A DNA stretch of 64,000 bases from a bacterium (GCA_963674695.2 CAXXGI010000003.1:672001-736000); one strand, 5' to 3'. Numbered from the stretch's first letter, positions 39,182-50,601 are shown. Notes: generated by a model not told the origin, from the letters alone. Program-made: numbers and translations.

Positions 39182-42100
39182 TCAAGCAGAGGTTTTCTCT
39201 CGCTTGCGTCGTGACACGAGCTTGGTGAGTCCGAGCAGCAGACCCATCAGGTAGAACATGCTGGTCGGTGCACCGGAGGCGGAACCCACGAGCGAACAGC
39301 CTTCCTGTCCTGACGTGGCGCGACCGATGTTGGCCAGGTTGAAGTATCCACCGCTCATCATCTCATCCATATCCGGGATACCATCCATATCGGAATCGGG
39401 GTTGCGTCCATCGGTCTCGCTGTACTGCCCACCCTCCCGGACATTGCGAACGCCGTCACAGTTGAGATCCTCACCGGTTCCGCTGGAGGCGACCCAACCG
39501 TCGGGCAGGCCGTCGCCGTCGGTGTCGCTCGACAGGGCGTTGGTCTCCACTCCCATATCGAAGATACCGTTCTGGTTCGCATCTTCACCCGTGCTCTGGA
39601 TGAGCTGACCGTCGGGGCCCGGGACCATCATCGGACCGTCGGGGATACAGTCGCCGTCGCTGTCGATGTTGGTCGGATCCGTGCCGTAGCGAAGCTCATA
39701 GCCGTCGGTGATGGAGTCGCCATCGGTGTCGGCGTTCAGCGGATCGCTCTCGCCCAGGTGCGGCTCATAGATCCCGTTGAGGTTGACGTCTTCACCGGTG
39801 TCGTCGGCCGGGTTCTTACCGTCCCACACGCCGTCGCCATCGGTATCCTCGTTCATCGGATCGGTCTCGCCCGCATCGACGATACCGTTGCCATTGATAT
39901 CTTCGAGCGAGTTGGGCAGACCATCCTCATCGGAATCGATGCCGCCACTGGTGCTGCCGTCGGCCGAACCGATACAGGTCGGGTCTTCGTTCAGGCGGCA
40001 GCCCGGGTTTTCTTCATCATCTTCCTCTGAATCGTTGTCAGAGTCGCGCATACAGGGGTTGGAGTTGAAGTACTTGATCAATCCACCCTCATACTCCTTG
40101 TCATCGTCCAGACCGTCCTTATCCGAGTCCTTGATCGTCGGATCGGAGATCATGGGGATACCGCTGGAGAGCGCACCCTCTTCCAAGATCCGAGCGAGGA
40201 ATTCGGTGCCAATGATCAGGTCGATCGTGCCATCCGCATCGATCTCGACGCCATCGTAGAGGGAGTCGCCATCGGAGTCCCGCAGCAGCGGATGCGTGTC
40301 GTGCGTGCCGATCTGCGGACAGCCCTCGGCACCCTGGTGGATCTGGAAGTTGATCTCGTCGATTCCGTCGAAGTTCTCTTCGAGGTCGAGCAGATCATCG
40401 TCATCGGTGTCTTCATCGGCCGGGTTGGTCGGGTACGGCCATCCGGTCACCTCGACGAAGTCGGTGATGCCATCGCCATCGGAGTCGGGGTCAAGCGCAT
40501 CCGACTCGGTCGGCGTTACTTCGCTGACACCCGCGGCCGCCAGCACCTCGGCATCGAGCACTTCCGCTACACCCTCCACCCCTTTGAGCCCTAAGACCTT
40601 ATTATTGAACTTGCCATCCTGGTTCCGATCTTCAAGACCATCGCGCAGTCCGTCGCCATCACGATCGAGGAAGAAGGCCAGGATCTTACGACCCACATAG
40701 AGTTCACGCGGGTTCGGACAGCTGTAGTTCGAGGCCGTCGCATCGAAACCGTCGCGGCCAGGGCCAGCGGTGATCGGACAGACATCCGAACCGCTGGTGG
40801 CTTCCGTCGACTTCCAACCGTCGCTGTAGCCGTCGCCATCGGAGTCTTCACAGTAGTGGCGCAGTGACACATCGGAACCGCTCTGACCGATGGCCGAACC
40901 GCAGTCACCCGTGCAGGCACCGCTGGGGTTCTCGACCACATCGGGAATGCCGTCCTGATCGGTGTCGCCCGCGAGCGATGCGATCCCCAGATAGCCGCCC
41001 GTGACCTGGAAGATATCCGGAACACCATCCGCACCCATCGGCGAACCATCGCCGGCCTCAGCTTCGATCACCGCACCGGTCTCGTCGTAGCCCGTGACCA
41101 CCTTGCCCGAGTCGCGCAGCGATACAGGGATGCCCTCGTCGAAGACCACATAACGCGGATCGATCGTGTAGAACATCAGCTTCGGTGTACAGGGGTACTG
41201 ACCACCACAGGTGTTGCCCACGGTATTCGCGATCAGCGGACAGGCATCGTTGCTCTGGCTTGCGTTCGCACAGCCCGAGCCGTTGCCGTCACACCAGCCG
41301 TCGCCATCGGAATCCGCATCGGTCATATCGAGCTCAGCGTTATCCTCATCGCGATCGCCATCGAAGTTGGCCGGGTTGGCCAGCATCTGGTTCTTACAGG
41401 CGAAGATCTCGATATCATAACTGTTCTGCGCACTCGAAGCGAAGGCGCGCCGATCCTCGTCCACGGGGTTGCCGCCGGCATCGAGTTTGAACCAGACGTA
41501 GCGCACACCGATGTCGTCCATGGAACCGAGCTGACATTCGATCGGGTTGCCGTTGGCATCGGGCACCGGATACATGCTGTCGTAGCTCTCGAAGGTGTAG
41601 AGGTAGTTCTTCGCCGCACGCGTACCACTCGGGTTCGTCGCGTAGACGAGCTGGTTGCGATCCTCGGCACCGTCCTTCAGATTGTCGTTGTCCTGATCGT
41701 CATTGTCCGGAACCGGATCGACGCCGTCGTGCAGACCGTCGCCATCGGTATCGGCCATGTACCAGCAGGTCGTGTCATCGGTGCAATCGCAGTTCCGGTT
41801 CGTGTCTTCGCGATCATCCGGAATGTTGTCGCCGTCGGTGTCATAGCCAGGCGCCTGGATGCCGGTCGCACTCGTCCCGATGAGCAGATTGCGTTTCTTC
41901 AGGCACTCATACTTGCTCATGAAGCGTTTGCGGTTCAGACGGTTTCCAGGATTGCCGTTCGTACCACCGGTCGGCGCGCCGAAGCCGCCGCCCTCACACT
42001 GCACCTGGCTCATGTCGTCGGCCACGTTGATCACCTGGCTGGAGCGCGCGATGCTGTTACCGGTCAGCTCCGGCACGATGAGGATCTGCTGACCGTCCTT

Positions 42101-43462
42101 GGGGACGTTGATCATGAACTCACCGTTCATGTCGCCCAGGTCGATGAGGCCCATGCCGGACGCTTCACTCATACCCGCGACATAGCCCAGAAACCCCGGC
42201 ACATGATTGTTGATGTTGTAGACCTGCAGTTTGGCGACATTCTTCACCATATCGGCCGTACAGAATTCAGAATCAAGCCCCTGCGGACCGGAGGGAACCT
42301 CCTGGTCTGACGGCCACTTGATGACCGCACCATGGATGAAGACCACTTCCTTGGTCTCGGTAATCTGATTGCCGTCGGCGTCCACCTGCACCGTGCCATC
42401 CTCGTTGCGCACCGGATAGTCGGCGGTGGAAGCCTGCACGCTGTAGAGGCGCACGGACGTGTTGAACTTGGTCGCGATGAAGTTATTCGTATCGTTCGTC
42501 TTCATCTTCATGTTCACCGCACCGGCCGCACTCGTTGCCGTCGAGGCCAGAAGCAGCTCATCCATCGTCTGCATATTCTCGAGCGAGGCGAATCCGTCGA
42601 CATCCGTTCCACCCGTGATATATCGGTTGGTCGGGATGAAACGGTTGCCATGCGCTTCAGAGGCATTGTTGATACGAATCACCTTGCCGCCAATCGAACC
42701 ACTCGCACCGCAGTTGGGCATGATGAAGTTGTCGGTCGCATTGTCACCGAAGACGAAGGCATCGCCGCCCACGCCCACGACCCAGACGTGATCGAGGACG
42801 TTGTTGGAACCGTTGACACAAATAGCGTTCTTGCCCGCCGGCACGCCCTTGATCTTGATGTTGGAGAGTTTGACCGCATCGGAATCGATCTGAATGGCGC
42901 AATCGACCTCATTGCCATCGCCGTCGGTCCAGGCCTTCATCGCACTGGCGTCGAGCGTGATGACGCGACGCTGATAGTCTTTTTCGCCCGCTTCGAATCC
43001 ACATTCCCCTGCATCTTCGCCATCATAGATCAGGGTGCCATCGCCGTCTGTCGCGGGTGCTGCAGCACAGGCCGCCACACCAGAGATCTGATAGTAGCTC
43101 CCTTCCTGTCCCACGATCTCAACTCCGCGCCGCTCGGTCTTATTGATCAACACATGATCACCCATGGCGCGCGAGCCGATGATGAGCGGATACGTCATAT
43201 TGATCGTCCCCGAAGAGGGTTGGACCAAGATGCGTTTCTTACACGCCTGTTTGGTGGAATTGGCGTAGGCCATGGCGACCCCGAGGGTCGTGACCGAGTG
43301 ATCCTGCATCGTGCCCCAATACGGGCTCTTCACGACGCACTCGTTCGTGCCCATGCCGCCATACGGAAATTCCCAGGCCGAGGCTGGCTGTGACATCGCC
43401 AACATCGTCCCGAAAACTGCCAGGATGGCCACCACTATTTTCACTGTCCGTTTGACCTTCAT
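39182..43462 (-). CDS. Large surface protein (1426 aa): beta-helix-like N-region, many DxDxDG calcium-binding (TSP3-like) repeats, MYXO-CTERM-like anchor
   Basis: Signal peptide ASA-W; repeated DTDGDG/DSDGDG; C-terminus EGCSL...FYLMGLLLGLTKLVSRRKR. Confidence 0.88.
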   Translation of the reverse strand: MKVKRTVKIVVAILAVFGTMLAMSQPASAWEFPYGGMGTNECVVKSPYWGTMQDHSVTTLGVAMAYANSTKQACKKRILVQPSSGTINMTYPLIIGSRAMGDHVLINKTERRGVEIVGQEGSYYQISGVAACAAAPATDGDGTLIYDGEDAGECGFEAGEKDYQRRVITLDASAMKAWTDGDGNEVDCAIQIDSDAVKLSNIKIKGVPAGKNAICVNGSNNVLDHVWVVGVGGDAFVFGDNATDNFIMPNCGASGSIGGKVIRINNASEAHGNRFIPTNRYITGGTDVDGFASLENMQTMDELLLASTATSAAGAVNMKMKTNDTNNFIATKFNTSVRLYSVQASTADYPVRNEDGTVQVDADGNQITETKEVVFIHGAVIKWPSDQEVPSGPQGLDSEFCTADMVKNVAKLQVYNINNHVPGFLGYVAGMSEASGMGLIDLGDMNGEFMINVPKDGQQILIVPELTGNSIARSSQVINVADDMSQVQCEGGGFGAPTGGTNGNPGNRLNRKRFMSKYECLKKRNLLIGTSATGIQAPGYDTDGDNIPDDREDTNRNCDCTDDTTCWYMADTDGDGLHDGVDPVPDNDDQDNDNLKDGAEDRNQLVYATNPSGTRAAKNYLYTFESYDSMYPVPDANGNPIECQLGSMDDIGVRYVWFKLDAGGNPVDEDRRAFASSAQNSYDIEIFACKNQMLANPANFDGDRDEDNAELDMTDADSDGDGWCDGNGSGCANASQSNDACPLIANTVGNTCGGQYPCTPKLMFYTIDPRYVVFDEGIPVSLRDSGKVVTGYDETGAVIEAEAGDGSPMGADGVPDIFQVTGGYLGIASLAGDTDQDGIPDVVENPSGACTGDCGSAIGQSGSDVSLRHYCEDSDGDGYSDGWKSTEATSGSDVCPITAGPGRDGFDATASNYSCPNPRELYVGRKILAFFLDRDGDGLRDGLEDRNQDGKFNNKVLGLKGVEGVAEVLDAEVLAAAGVSEVTPTESDALDPDSDGDGITDFVEVTGWPYPTNPADEDTDDDDLLDLEENFDGIDEINFQIHQGAEGCPQIGTHDTHPLLRDSDGDSLYDGVEIDADGTIDLIIGTEFLARILEEGALSSGIPMISDPTIKDSDKDGLDDDKEYEGGLIKYFNSNPCMRDSDNDSEEDDEENPGCRLNEDPTCIGSADGSTSGGIDSDEDGLPNSLEDINGNGIVDAGETDPMNEDTDGDGVWDGKNPADDTGEDVNLNGIYEPHLGESDPLNADTDGDSITDGYELRYGTDPTNIDSDGDCIPDGPMMVPGPDGQLIQSTGEDANQNGIFDMGVETNALSSDTDGDGLPDGWVASSGTGEDLNCDGVRNVREGGQYSETDGRNPDSDMDGIPDMDEMMSGGYFNLANIGRATSGQEGCSLVGSASGAPTSMFYLMGLLLGLTKLVSRRKREKTSA

Positions 43463-43526
43463 GAGGTCCTCCTCATGTACCGCGTTGGTTCACACCCCCA
43501 CCTACTGTATTCGCCCCAAAGGCTCA

Positions 43527-44750
43527 TCACTTGCTGCTCTTCTTCGCAAAATCGACGGTCTCGCCGACAACCCACTTCAGTCCGCCCATGATGGTCGCGT
43601 TGACCGGCGAATTGAGATTGTCGAAGCCGTAGTAATGCTTCCCCTCGCCCGCCTCCATCTGGCCAACCTCTTCGCGCATGCGTGTCGTACCTTCAGCGCG
43701 CAGGAACCCATAAAAACCGGCAGCTCCCAATCCCGCTTCAGCACCGAAGAGAAAGGCATCCATGCTGAGGCTCGTTTTATTTTCCAGTCCGAGCAGGATG
43801 TCATCCGACCAGACCCGCTTCCACCCGAGAAATCCGCGTGCATACGCGTTAAATCCGTTATCGGCGTGATATTTCGCTCCGACACCCGCATCGACACCGA
43901 AGTGAGAGACCGTCCCCCTCTTGGTGCCATTGGCCTGATCTCCGGGAGCAGTAATGTTGCCCCAGCCACCGAAGACATCGAGACCGGCCTGTCCGGTCCA
44001 GAATCCCTCGCCGCTATGCGCACGGGCCTTGCCCCATCCCTTAAAGGAAGGCCAGATGCCAAGCGTCAGGCGATTCTGAAAGATGTCGCTGGTTGAGGCA
44101 AAATGCCCTTGGTCCCCGGGCAGATCGAGACTCGCATCGGCGCCCGGACCCTGCGGCGCGGTGACCTGCTGGCCCAGGAAGATGCCGGCCCAGCTCACCT
44201 CGAACATCTGCCCCCAGCTATAATAATAGTGTTTCTTTGTGTTCTTTGATTTTTTCTTCTTCTTGCTCTTTTTCTTCTTACCCATGTCGATCGGGTCCTT
44301 TTTCTTGCCCTTCCTTGTCTTTTTGCTCTTGCGGCGACGTCGGCGAGAGGTACGCGTCTCCTCTTCCTCCTCCGCTTCATCGGCCTCCTCCGCTTCATCG
44401 GCCTCTTCCGCTTCGTCGGCTTCATCAACAGCCTCGTCATCATCGACAGCCTCTTCCTCGTCGACGGCCTCTTCCTCGTCGGCCTCTTCGGCGCCATATG
44501 CAGCAGCGCACTTCGAGGCACTGCGCGAGCATTCATAGAGGCGTTCTCCCGCCTCCGAATCAGAGTCAGCTCTCACGAATTCATCGAGCTGCTCGCGCTC
44601 GCAGCTACTGACATCCTCGGCGTCCTCGCATGCATCACCGATTTCATCCATAACTTCGCCGATGTCCTCCTGACAGGCCGGAGCAGCTTCACCCGCAGCG
44701 TTTGTGCACTTTGTCAGCAGAGTATTGAGAATTTCGCCGGCTCCGATCAT
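43527..44750 (-). CDS. Hypothetical protein: Cys-rich N-domain, acidic repeats, Lys/Arg block, beta-barrel-like C-terminus; no signal peptide
   Basis: GGAGG RBS; EADEAE repeats; alternating G/aromatic beta-strand pattern. Confidence 0.78.
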   Translation of the reverse strand: MIGAGEILNTLLTKCTNAAGEAAPACQEDIGEVMDEIGDACEDAEDVSSCEREQLDEFVRADSDSEAGERLYECSRSASKCAAAYGAEEADEEEAVDEEEAVDDDEAVDEADEAEEADEAEEADEAEEEEETRTSRRRRRKSKKTRKGKKKDPIDMGKKKKSKKKKKSKNTKKHYYYSWGQMFEVSWAGIFLGQQVTAPQGPGADASLDLPGDQGHFASTSDIFQNRLTLGIWPSFKGWGKARAHSGEGFWTGQAGLDVFGGWGNITAPGDQANGTKRGTVSHFGVDAGVGAKYHADNGFNAYARGFLGWKRVWSDDILLGLENKTSLSMDAFLFGAEAGLGAAGFYGFLRAEGTTRMREEVGQMEAGEGKHYYGFDNLNSPVNATIMGGLKWVVGETVDFAKKSSK

Positions 44751-44806
44751 AACGTCCTCCTTGATAATAGACCCTAGAGACTCTTCCCCTTATTCCTCCA
44801 TCCTCA

Positions 44807-44836
44807 TTATCGGAGCGAAACGCCAAAAGTTGCGTC
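44807..44836 (-). promoter_or_regulatory. GCAAC-N15-CCGATAA putative alternative-sigma promoter
   Basis: Minus strand GACGCAACTTTTGGCGTTTCGCTCCGATAA, 56 nt upstream of ATG 44750. Confidence 0.65.
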
Positions 44837-45207
44837 GTTTTTCAGCATTGCGAAAAAAGAAGATATCTTTATGAAATATATGTGGATTTTAGAACTGCCA
44901 AACGGCGTTCACGCCCGTCATTTCAAAAGAGTTTCCCGCAGATTTCCATTTCACGCACACCCGCGGCCACGACGGTTTGTCACTTCCCCACCCGAACGAG
45001 ACCAAAATGACCGGTGTATCATCATAATAGGGGGACAGCATCGGTATGCGCCAAAGACCGAACCGATTGGGCGGAGGGATGAATATCATGCCGAAAAGTG
45101 GTCAAAGGCGACCACTACGAAGGCCGTTTGTGGTGGTAACATTTTGCCACTTCGGTGCAGTTGGAACGATATCTTGAAGCCATCGTCCGGGAGGATAAAG
45201 GATCCGT

Positions 45208-45260
45208 CGAGATTCCCCCGCCACACAACCGGCGGGCAGGCTGCCTTCACGGGAATGACA
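45208..45260. repeat. REP unit with nested 24-nt mini-insertion
   Basis: CGAGATTCC[CCCGCCACACAACCGGCGGGCAGG]CTGCCTTCACGGGAATGACA. Confidence 0.8.
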
Positions 45261-45292
45261 CCCTTCTGTAATGCGAGGCTTCGGAGGTGAGA

Positions 45293-46471
<1,179 letters not shown>

Positions 46472-46536
46472 GAAACCTCCGTGATTCGTTACTCGTTACT
46501 CGTGACTGCTGAAAAAGTCATTTCGTGTTGTCATGT

Positions 46537-46671
46537 TCGTAAAAACGGAGTTTGTCATTCCCGTGGAAACGGGAATCTCGCTTTTTACGGTACATCGAGA
46601 TCCCCCCGCCACACAACCGGCGGGCAGGCTGCGTTCACGGGGATGACAACAGCAGGGTTTGTCAGCAACCT
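46537..46671. repeat. Extended REP/MITE-like element with nested mini-insertion
   Basis: Core and flanks match 6320-6430; carries CCCGCCACACAACCGGCGGGCAGG at 46605-46628. Confidence 0.82.
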
Positions 46672-46691
46672 GGCAACTCGTAACCGACGAG

Positions 46692-47654
46692 TCATGGCTC
46701 ATACGGAAACTTCTCGGCCAGTTCCTCGACGAGTTTTTTTGCCTCGGCAGAGAGTTTTTTTGGCGGCACGATGTTGACGACCACGAACTGATCGCCCGTC
46801 TTGCCCTTCTTGCCGATGATCGGCGCGCCTTTTCCCGCGATGCGAAACTTCTGCCCCCCCTCGGTACCGGCCGGGATCTTCATGCGCTGCACTCCGGTAA
46901 TCGTGGGCACATGCACCGAACCGCCGAGCATCGCGTTATAGACGGTGATGGGCACCTCGGTATAGATGTCGGCCCCCTCACGCCAGAAATTCTTGTGCGG
47001 TTCGACATGGACGCGCAGGAAGAGGTCGCCCGAGGCGCCGCCGCCGAATCCCGGCTGTCCCTTCCCCGCAACGCGCACCTTGGAACCGTTATCGATGCCA
47101 GCCGGGATCTTGACCGTGAGTTTTTCGACCTTGTCACCTCGACGGATGGAGATCTTGCTCTGCGTCCCACCCACGGCATCTTCAAAACCGATTTCGATGT
47201 CGGCATAGGTGTCGTGCCCGTTGACCGGCTGCGCCCCCTCGGTGCGCTTGCCCCACTCCTGCCGATATTCGCCCCGCCGCACGCCCCCCATATCGAAGAG
47301 GTCGCGGAAGAGATCGCCCATATCGCCCTGAAAGTTGACCTCGCGCCAATCGCCACCGGAGCCGCCCTGCTCCCAGGCATGACCGCCAAAACCGCCCGCC
47401 CCCGGCGCCCCGGCACCCGGCCCGGCCCCACCGCTGAACTGGCCGTATTGACGATACATATCATACTGTTTGCGCTGCTTGGCATCGGACAGGACGTTAT
47501 AGGCCTCGGAGATATCCTTGAATTTTTCCTCGGCGGCCTTATCCCCCTTATTCACATCGGGATGATGTTGTTTTGCCAGCCGCCGATAGGCTTTTTTGAT
47601 CTCATCGTCGGAAGCGCCGGGCGGAACGCCCAAGATTTGATAGTAGTCACTCAT
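46692..47654 (-). CDS. DnaJ class B chaperone (CbpA-like)
   Basis: J-domain with HPD, G/F-rich linker, C-terminal substrate domain, no CxxCxGxG zinc finger. Confidence 0.92.
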   Translation of the reverse strand: MSDYYQILGVPPGASDDEIKKAYRRLAKQHHPDVNKGDKAAEEKFKDISEAYNVLSDAKQRKQYDMYRQYGQFSGGAGPGAGAPGAGGFGGHAWEQGGSGGDWREVNFQGDMGDLFRDLFDMGGVRRGEYRQEWGKRTEGAQPVNGHDTYADIEIGFEDAVGGTQSKISIRRGDKVEKLTVKIPAGIDNGSKVRVAGKGQPGFGGGASGDLFLRVHVEPHKNFWREGADIYTEVPITVYNAMLGGSVHVPTITGVQRMKIPAGTEGGQKFRIAGKGAPIIGKKGKTGDQFVVVNIVPPKKLSAEAKKLVEELAEKFPYEP

Positions 47655-47733
47655 GGCCGAGCATCATGATGGGCCAAGCCTGCCTTGTCAATATGCCAGA
47701 CAACATTGATCGTGCAGAGCGTGAGGCAAAAGC

Positions 47734-48034
47734 CCGGCAGCGTGTTTTTCGGGGACCGCCGTCTCGATGGCTTCGAGAAAAAAACAGCCGCACTCCGTCC
47801 AGCTGGAATGCCTCATATGTACGCTTCCGCTCCGCTCACACGTTTTGGCATCTGACTCAAGCCGATTTTCCTCATGAACTCACCCGCAACCACATTCTAT
47901 TCTGGCGGGCTCAAACATCATGATGACAAACGCTGCTGTTGTCATCCCCGCGAAAGCGGGGATCTCGGTGTGCCTTGACAATCGAGATCCCCGCTGGAGC
48001 CTGTCCTGAGCGTAGCCGAAGGGCGGGGATGACA
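47734..48034. repeat. Mosaic of MITE-like fragments plus a REP doublet
   Basis: 47734-47766 matches the 57026 element end; about 47800-47837 resembles the 57238-57529 element end; REP at 47940-48034. Confidence 0.7.
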
Positions 48035-48114
48035 CATCTGCAGGCAAGGCACGTATGCAATGTTATCGCAACGCCTCACATCTATTTGCATGAACACATC
48101 GTGACCAGTGCAAG

Positions 48115-48573
48115 TTAATGCAGGAAAGAATCTTCTGGGCCGAGGGCTTCTTCGACGAGGGGGCGGCGGTGTTCGGCATCTTCGCCAACCGCGTGCCAGT
48201 GGCGCACTTCGTTTTCGCCATACTGCCAGGAGAGCAGGATCTCGTCGCGGCCGAGCCAGGAATAGATGCTCACGATGCCGTGATCGAGATCCTCGATGAC
48301 CACGCCGAGCGCGTGAATTTCATCGAGCAAACCGGCATATTCCTCGGAGAGACGGCGAAACTGGCGATGGAGGAGATAGGCGACGGGATGTCCCGTCGTC
48401 TCCGTCTCGCCGGCGGCCTCATCGGGACCGAGCTCAATGCCCAGCTCGCGGGCACGACGTGAAAGCTCATTGACCTTATTCTGAATGCGGCCGAGTTCGG
48501 CGAAGAGCAGTTCCAGCCGCGGGATCAGCGAATTGGCCTCATCGATGGTGTAGTAACTGCGGCGCTCGTGCAT
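48115..48573 (-). CDS. DUF2203-family protein
   Basis: YTIDEANSLIP N-terminus; GVVIEDLDHGIV, LSWQYGE...WH...RRPL. Confidence 0.8.
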   Translation of the reverse strand: MHERRSYYTIDEANSLIPRLELLFAELGRIQNKVNELSRRARELGIELGPDEAAGETETTGHPVAYLLHRQFRRLSEEYAGLLDEIHALGVVIEDLDHGIVSIYSWLGRDEILLSWQYGENEVRHWHAVGEDAEHRRPLVEEALGPEDSFLH

Positions 48574-48592
48574 GCGCGTGCCTCCGTTTCGC

Positions 48593-49150
48593 TCACCCAT
48601 TCCCCTTGGCGTGGGTGATCTCTTTCTGTGCTTGATACTTCCCCTTCTTGTCCGCGTAGGAGACCGCACAGGTCTCGCTGGCCTCGAGGAAGAGAATCTG
48701 TCCGATGCCCTCGCCCGCGTAGATCCGTGCTGGTCGGGATGTCGTATTCGCGATGGCGATCGTAGCGTGCCCCTCCCACTCGGGTTCGAAGGGAGTCACA
48801 TTGATGGTGACACCACACCGAGCGTAGGTCGACTTGCCATAACAGATCGTGAGCACATCCCGCGGAATGCGAAAATATTCCACCGTCTGCGCCAACACAT
48901 AGCTATTGCCGGGGATCTCGCAGACATCCCCTTCGAAATCGCGGAAATGAATCTGATCGAAAGCCTTCGGGTCCATGACGGCCGTATCGCCCGGCACATA
49001 GATCTTGAATCGCCGATCGATACGAAAATCGTAGCCATAAGAGGAGAGCCCGTAGGAGATCCCGGATCGAACCTGCTTCTCCTCAAACGGCTCGATCATA
49101 CCGTGCTCGAGTGCCTGATTTCGAATCCAACGGTCGGAATGAACGCCCAC
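48593..49150 (-). CDS. dcd: dCTP deaminase
   Basis: [35 protein letters not shown]; GTG start with GAGGAGG. Confidence 0.96.
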   Translation of the reverse strand: MGVHSDRWIRNQALEHGMIEPFEEKQVRSGISYGLSSYGYDFRIDRRFKIYVPGDTAVMDPKAFDQIHFRDFEGDVCEIPGNSYVLAQTVEYFRIPRDVLTICYGKSTYARCGVTINVTPFEPEWEGHATIAIANTTSRPARIYAGEGIGQILFLEASETCAVSYADKKGKYQAQKEITHAKGNG

Positions 49151-49292
49151 GATTCCTCCTCTGCCGCGATGAATGGTCGCGCACTATACCGATGCAGACA
49201 GCGATTTCAAGCGGTGCCATCATTTTTCGAAAAAACGCTTGATTTTCGACTGCCTCCGGCCGCATCCTCCCCGTTCAAAACGAGGATTATCC

Positions 49293-49949
49293 GTGTCCCG
49301 AAAACAAACGATCATCATCGCCGCCGCTACCTTCGTGGGAATCGGATGGTTTTATCTGCTCAGCGCGACCTTCGGCGCCCCCATGACGCTCCATCTCAAT
49401 CTGTTCACCCCCGGGAAGACGGCCTATATGAAGGCATGCCCCGAGGATATCCACCAACGGTGGGTGCCGCTGGATACGATTGCACCCTTTCTGCAGCAGG
49501 CGGTGGTCATCGCCGAAGACGACCGATTTTTCGATCACCCAGGATTTGACTGGGAGGCCATCAAGACCGCGGCACGGACCAACTGGAAACGCGGGGAGAT
49601 GGCGCACGGCGCTTCGACCATCAGCCAACAGTTGGCGCGCAACCTCTTCCTCTCGCCGAACAAATCCCTCTGGCGCAAAGCGCGCGAACTCATCATCGCC
49701 CTCAAACTGGAGCGGGATCTGCCGAAGAAGCGCATCCTCGAACTCTATTTGAACGTCGTCGAATGGGGAGATTGCATCTATGGGGCCGAGGCCGCCGCGC
49801 GTCACTACTTCGGCAAACCCGCAGCCGCCCTCACCAAGCACGAGGCCGCCTGGCTCGCGGCCATCCTTCCCCAACCGCGATTCTATGATACGCACCGCAA
49901 TGGGGCTTATCTGACTTCGCGAACCACATCGATTGAAAGTCGATTGTAG
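49293..49949 (+). CDS. mtgA: Monofunctional peptidoglycan transglycosylase
   Basis: AEDDRFFDHPG, GASTISQQLARNL, RKARE, KKRILELYLN..EWG. Confidence 0.92.
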   Translation: MSRKQTIIIAAATFVGIGWFYLLSATFGAPMTLHLNLFTPGKTAYMKACPEDIHQRWVPLDTIAPFLQQAVVIAEDDRFFDHPGFDWEAIKTAARTNWKRGEMAHGASTISQQLARNLFLSPNKSLWRKARELIIALKLERDLPKKRILELYLNVVEWGDCIYGAEAAARHYFGKPAAALTKHEAAWLAAILPQPRFYDTHRNGAYLTSRTTSIESRL

Positions 49950-49958
49950 GGCACCTCT

Positions 49959-50000
49959 AAAAAAAATGGGCCTGAACTCCCTTGCGGGGATCCAGGCCCA
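49959..50000 (-). terminator. Rho-independent terminator of the histone gene
   Basis: Minus strand TGGGCCTG...CAGGCCCA followed by a T run. Confidence 0.75.
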
Positions 50001-50023
50001 ATATCCACCTTCTTGAACACTTC

Positions 50024-50203
50024 TCAGATATCACGATCCTTCACCGTCTGGCGGCCGTTGTCCTTCGCCCGCGCAACGGCTTTGTCGAGCAGATCACGCA
50101 CCGCATCTGAAAGGGCATCCACCGCCGTCTCAGAGGTCTGCATGCCCTTCGCCTTCACATATTCCTTCACCTTCGATACCACGACCAATGTTTCCTTTGC
50201 CAT
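50024..50203 (-). CDS. Bacterial histone-fold protein, Bd0055/HBb type (59 aa; absent from ORF track)
   Basis: MAKETLVVVSKVKEYVKAKGMQTSETAVDALSDAVRDLLDKAVARAKDNGRQTVKDRDI; GGAG RBS; RxTVxxxD histone L2/alpha3 motif. Confidence 0.9.
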   Translation of the reverse strand: MAKETLVVVSKVKEYVKAKGMQTSETAVDALSDAVRDLLDKAVARAKDNGRQTVKDRDI

Positions 50204-50349
50204 GACTCCCCTCCTTGCAAATGGCTATCTGTTTTCGAGTGACGGCAGTTTCGGAAATCGACCCCCTCTTGTCAAATCAAAAAGGGCATTCACCATCGTT
50301 GACAACGAAAAGATGCTCTGATAATTTCCGCCGACTTTTTCGATGACGT

Positions 50350-50425
50350 GGGCCGCTAGCTCAGTTGGCAGAGCAGCGCCCTTTTAAGGCGCGGGTCGAA
50401 GGTTCGAATCCTTCGCGGCTCACCA
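50350..50425 (+). tRNA. tRNA-Lys(UUU)
   Basis: Cloverleaf GGGCCGC...GCGGCTC-A-CCA, anticodon arm GCGCC-CT-TTT-AA-GGCGC, GGTTCGAATCC T-arm. Confidence 0.97.
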
Positions 50426-50430
50426 TGAAA

Positions 50431-50523
50431 GCAGTGGGAAGTGGGAAGTGGGAAGTGGGAAGTGAACATCGAATACCGATGGTTTCCATCGCTTTTCACT
50501 TCACACTTCTCACTTTACACTGC
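50431..50523. repeat. Head-to-head heptamer arrays between tRNAs
   Basis: (AGTGGGA)x4 then inverted TTTTCAC/TTCACAC/TTCTCAC/TTTACAC. Confidence 0.8.
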
Positions 50524-50529
50524 TTTTCA

Positions 50530-50601
50530 GACCCCATCGTCTAGCGGTTAGGACACCGCCCTTTCACGGCGGCGGCACGGGTTCGAGTCCCGTTGGGGTC
50601 G
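50530..50601 (+). tRNA. tRNA-Glu(UUC), CCA not encoded
   Basis: GACCCCA...TGGGGTC-G, anticodon arm CCGCC-CT-TTC-AC-GGCGG, GTTCGAGTCCC T-arm; followed by CAA. Confidence 0.95.

Noticed and set aside
44871-45290. 139-aa ORF in a lower-GC intergenic region
   Set aside because: No motif, atypical codon usage, and it runs into a REP element; cannot be supported as a gene
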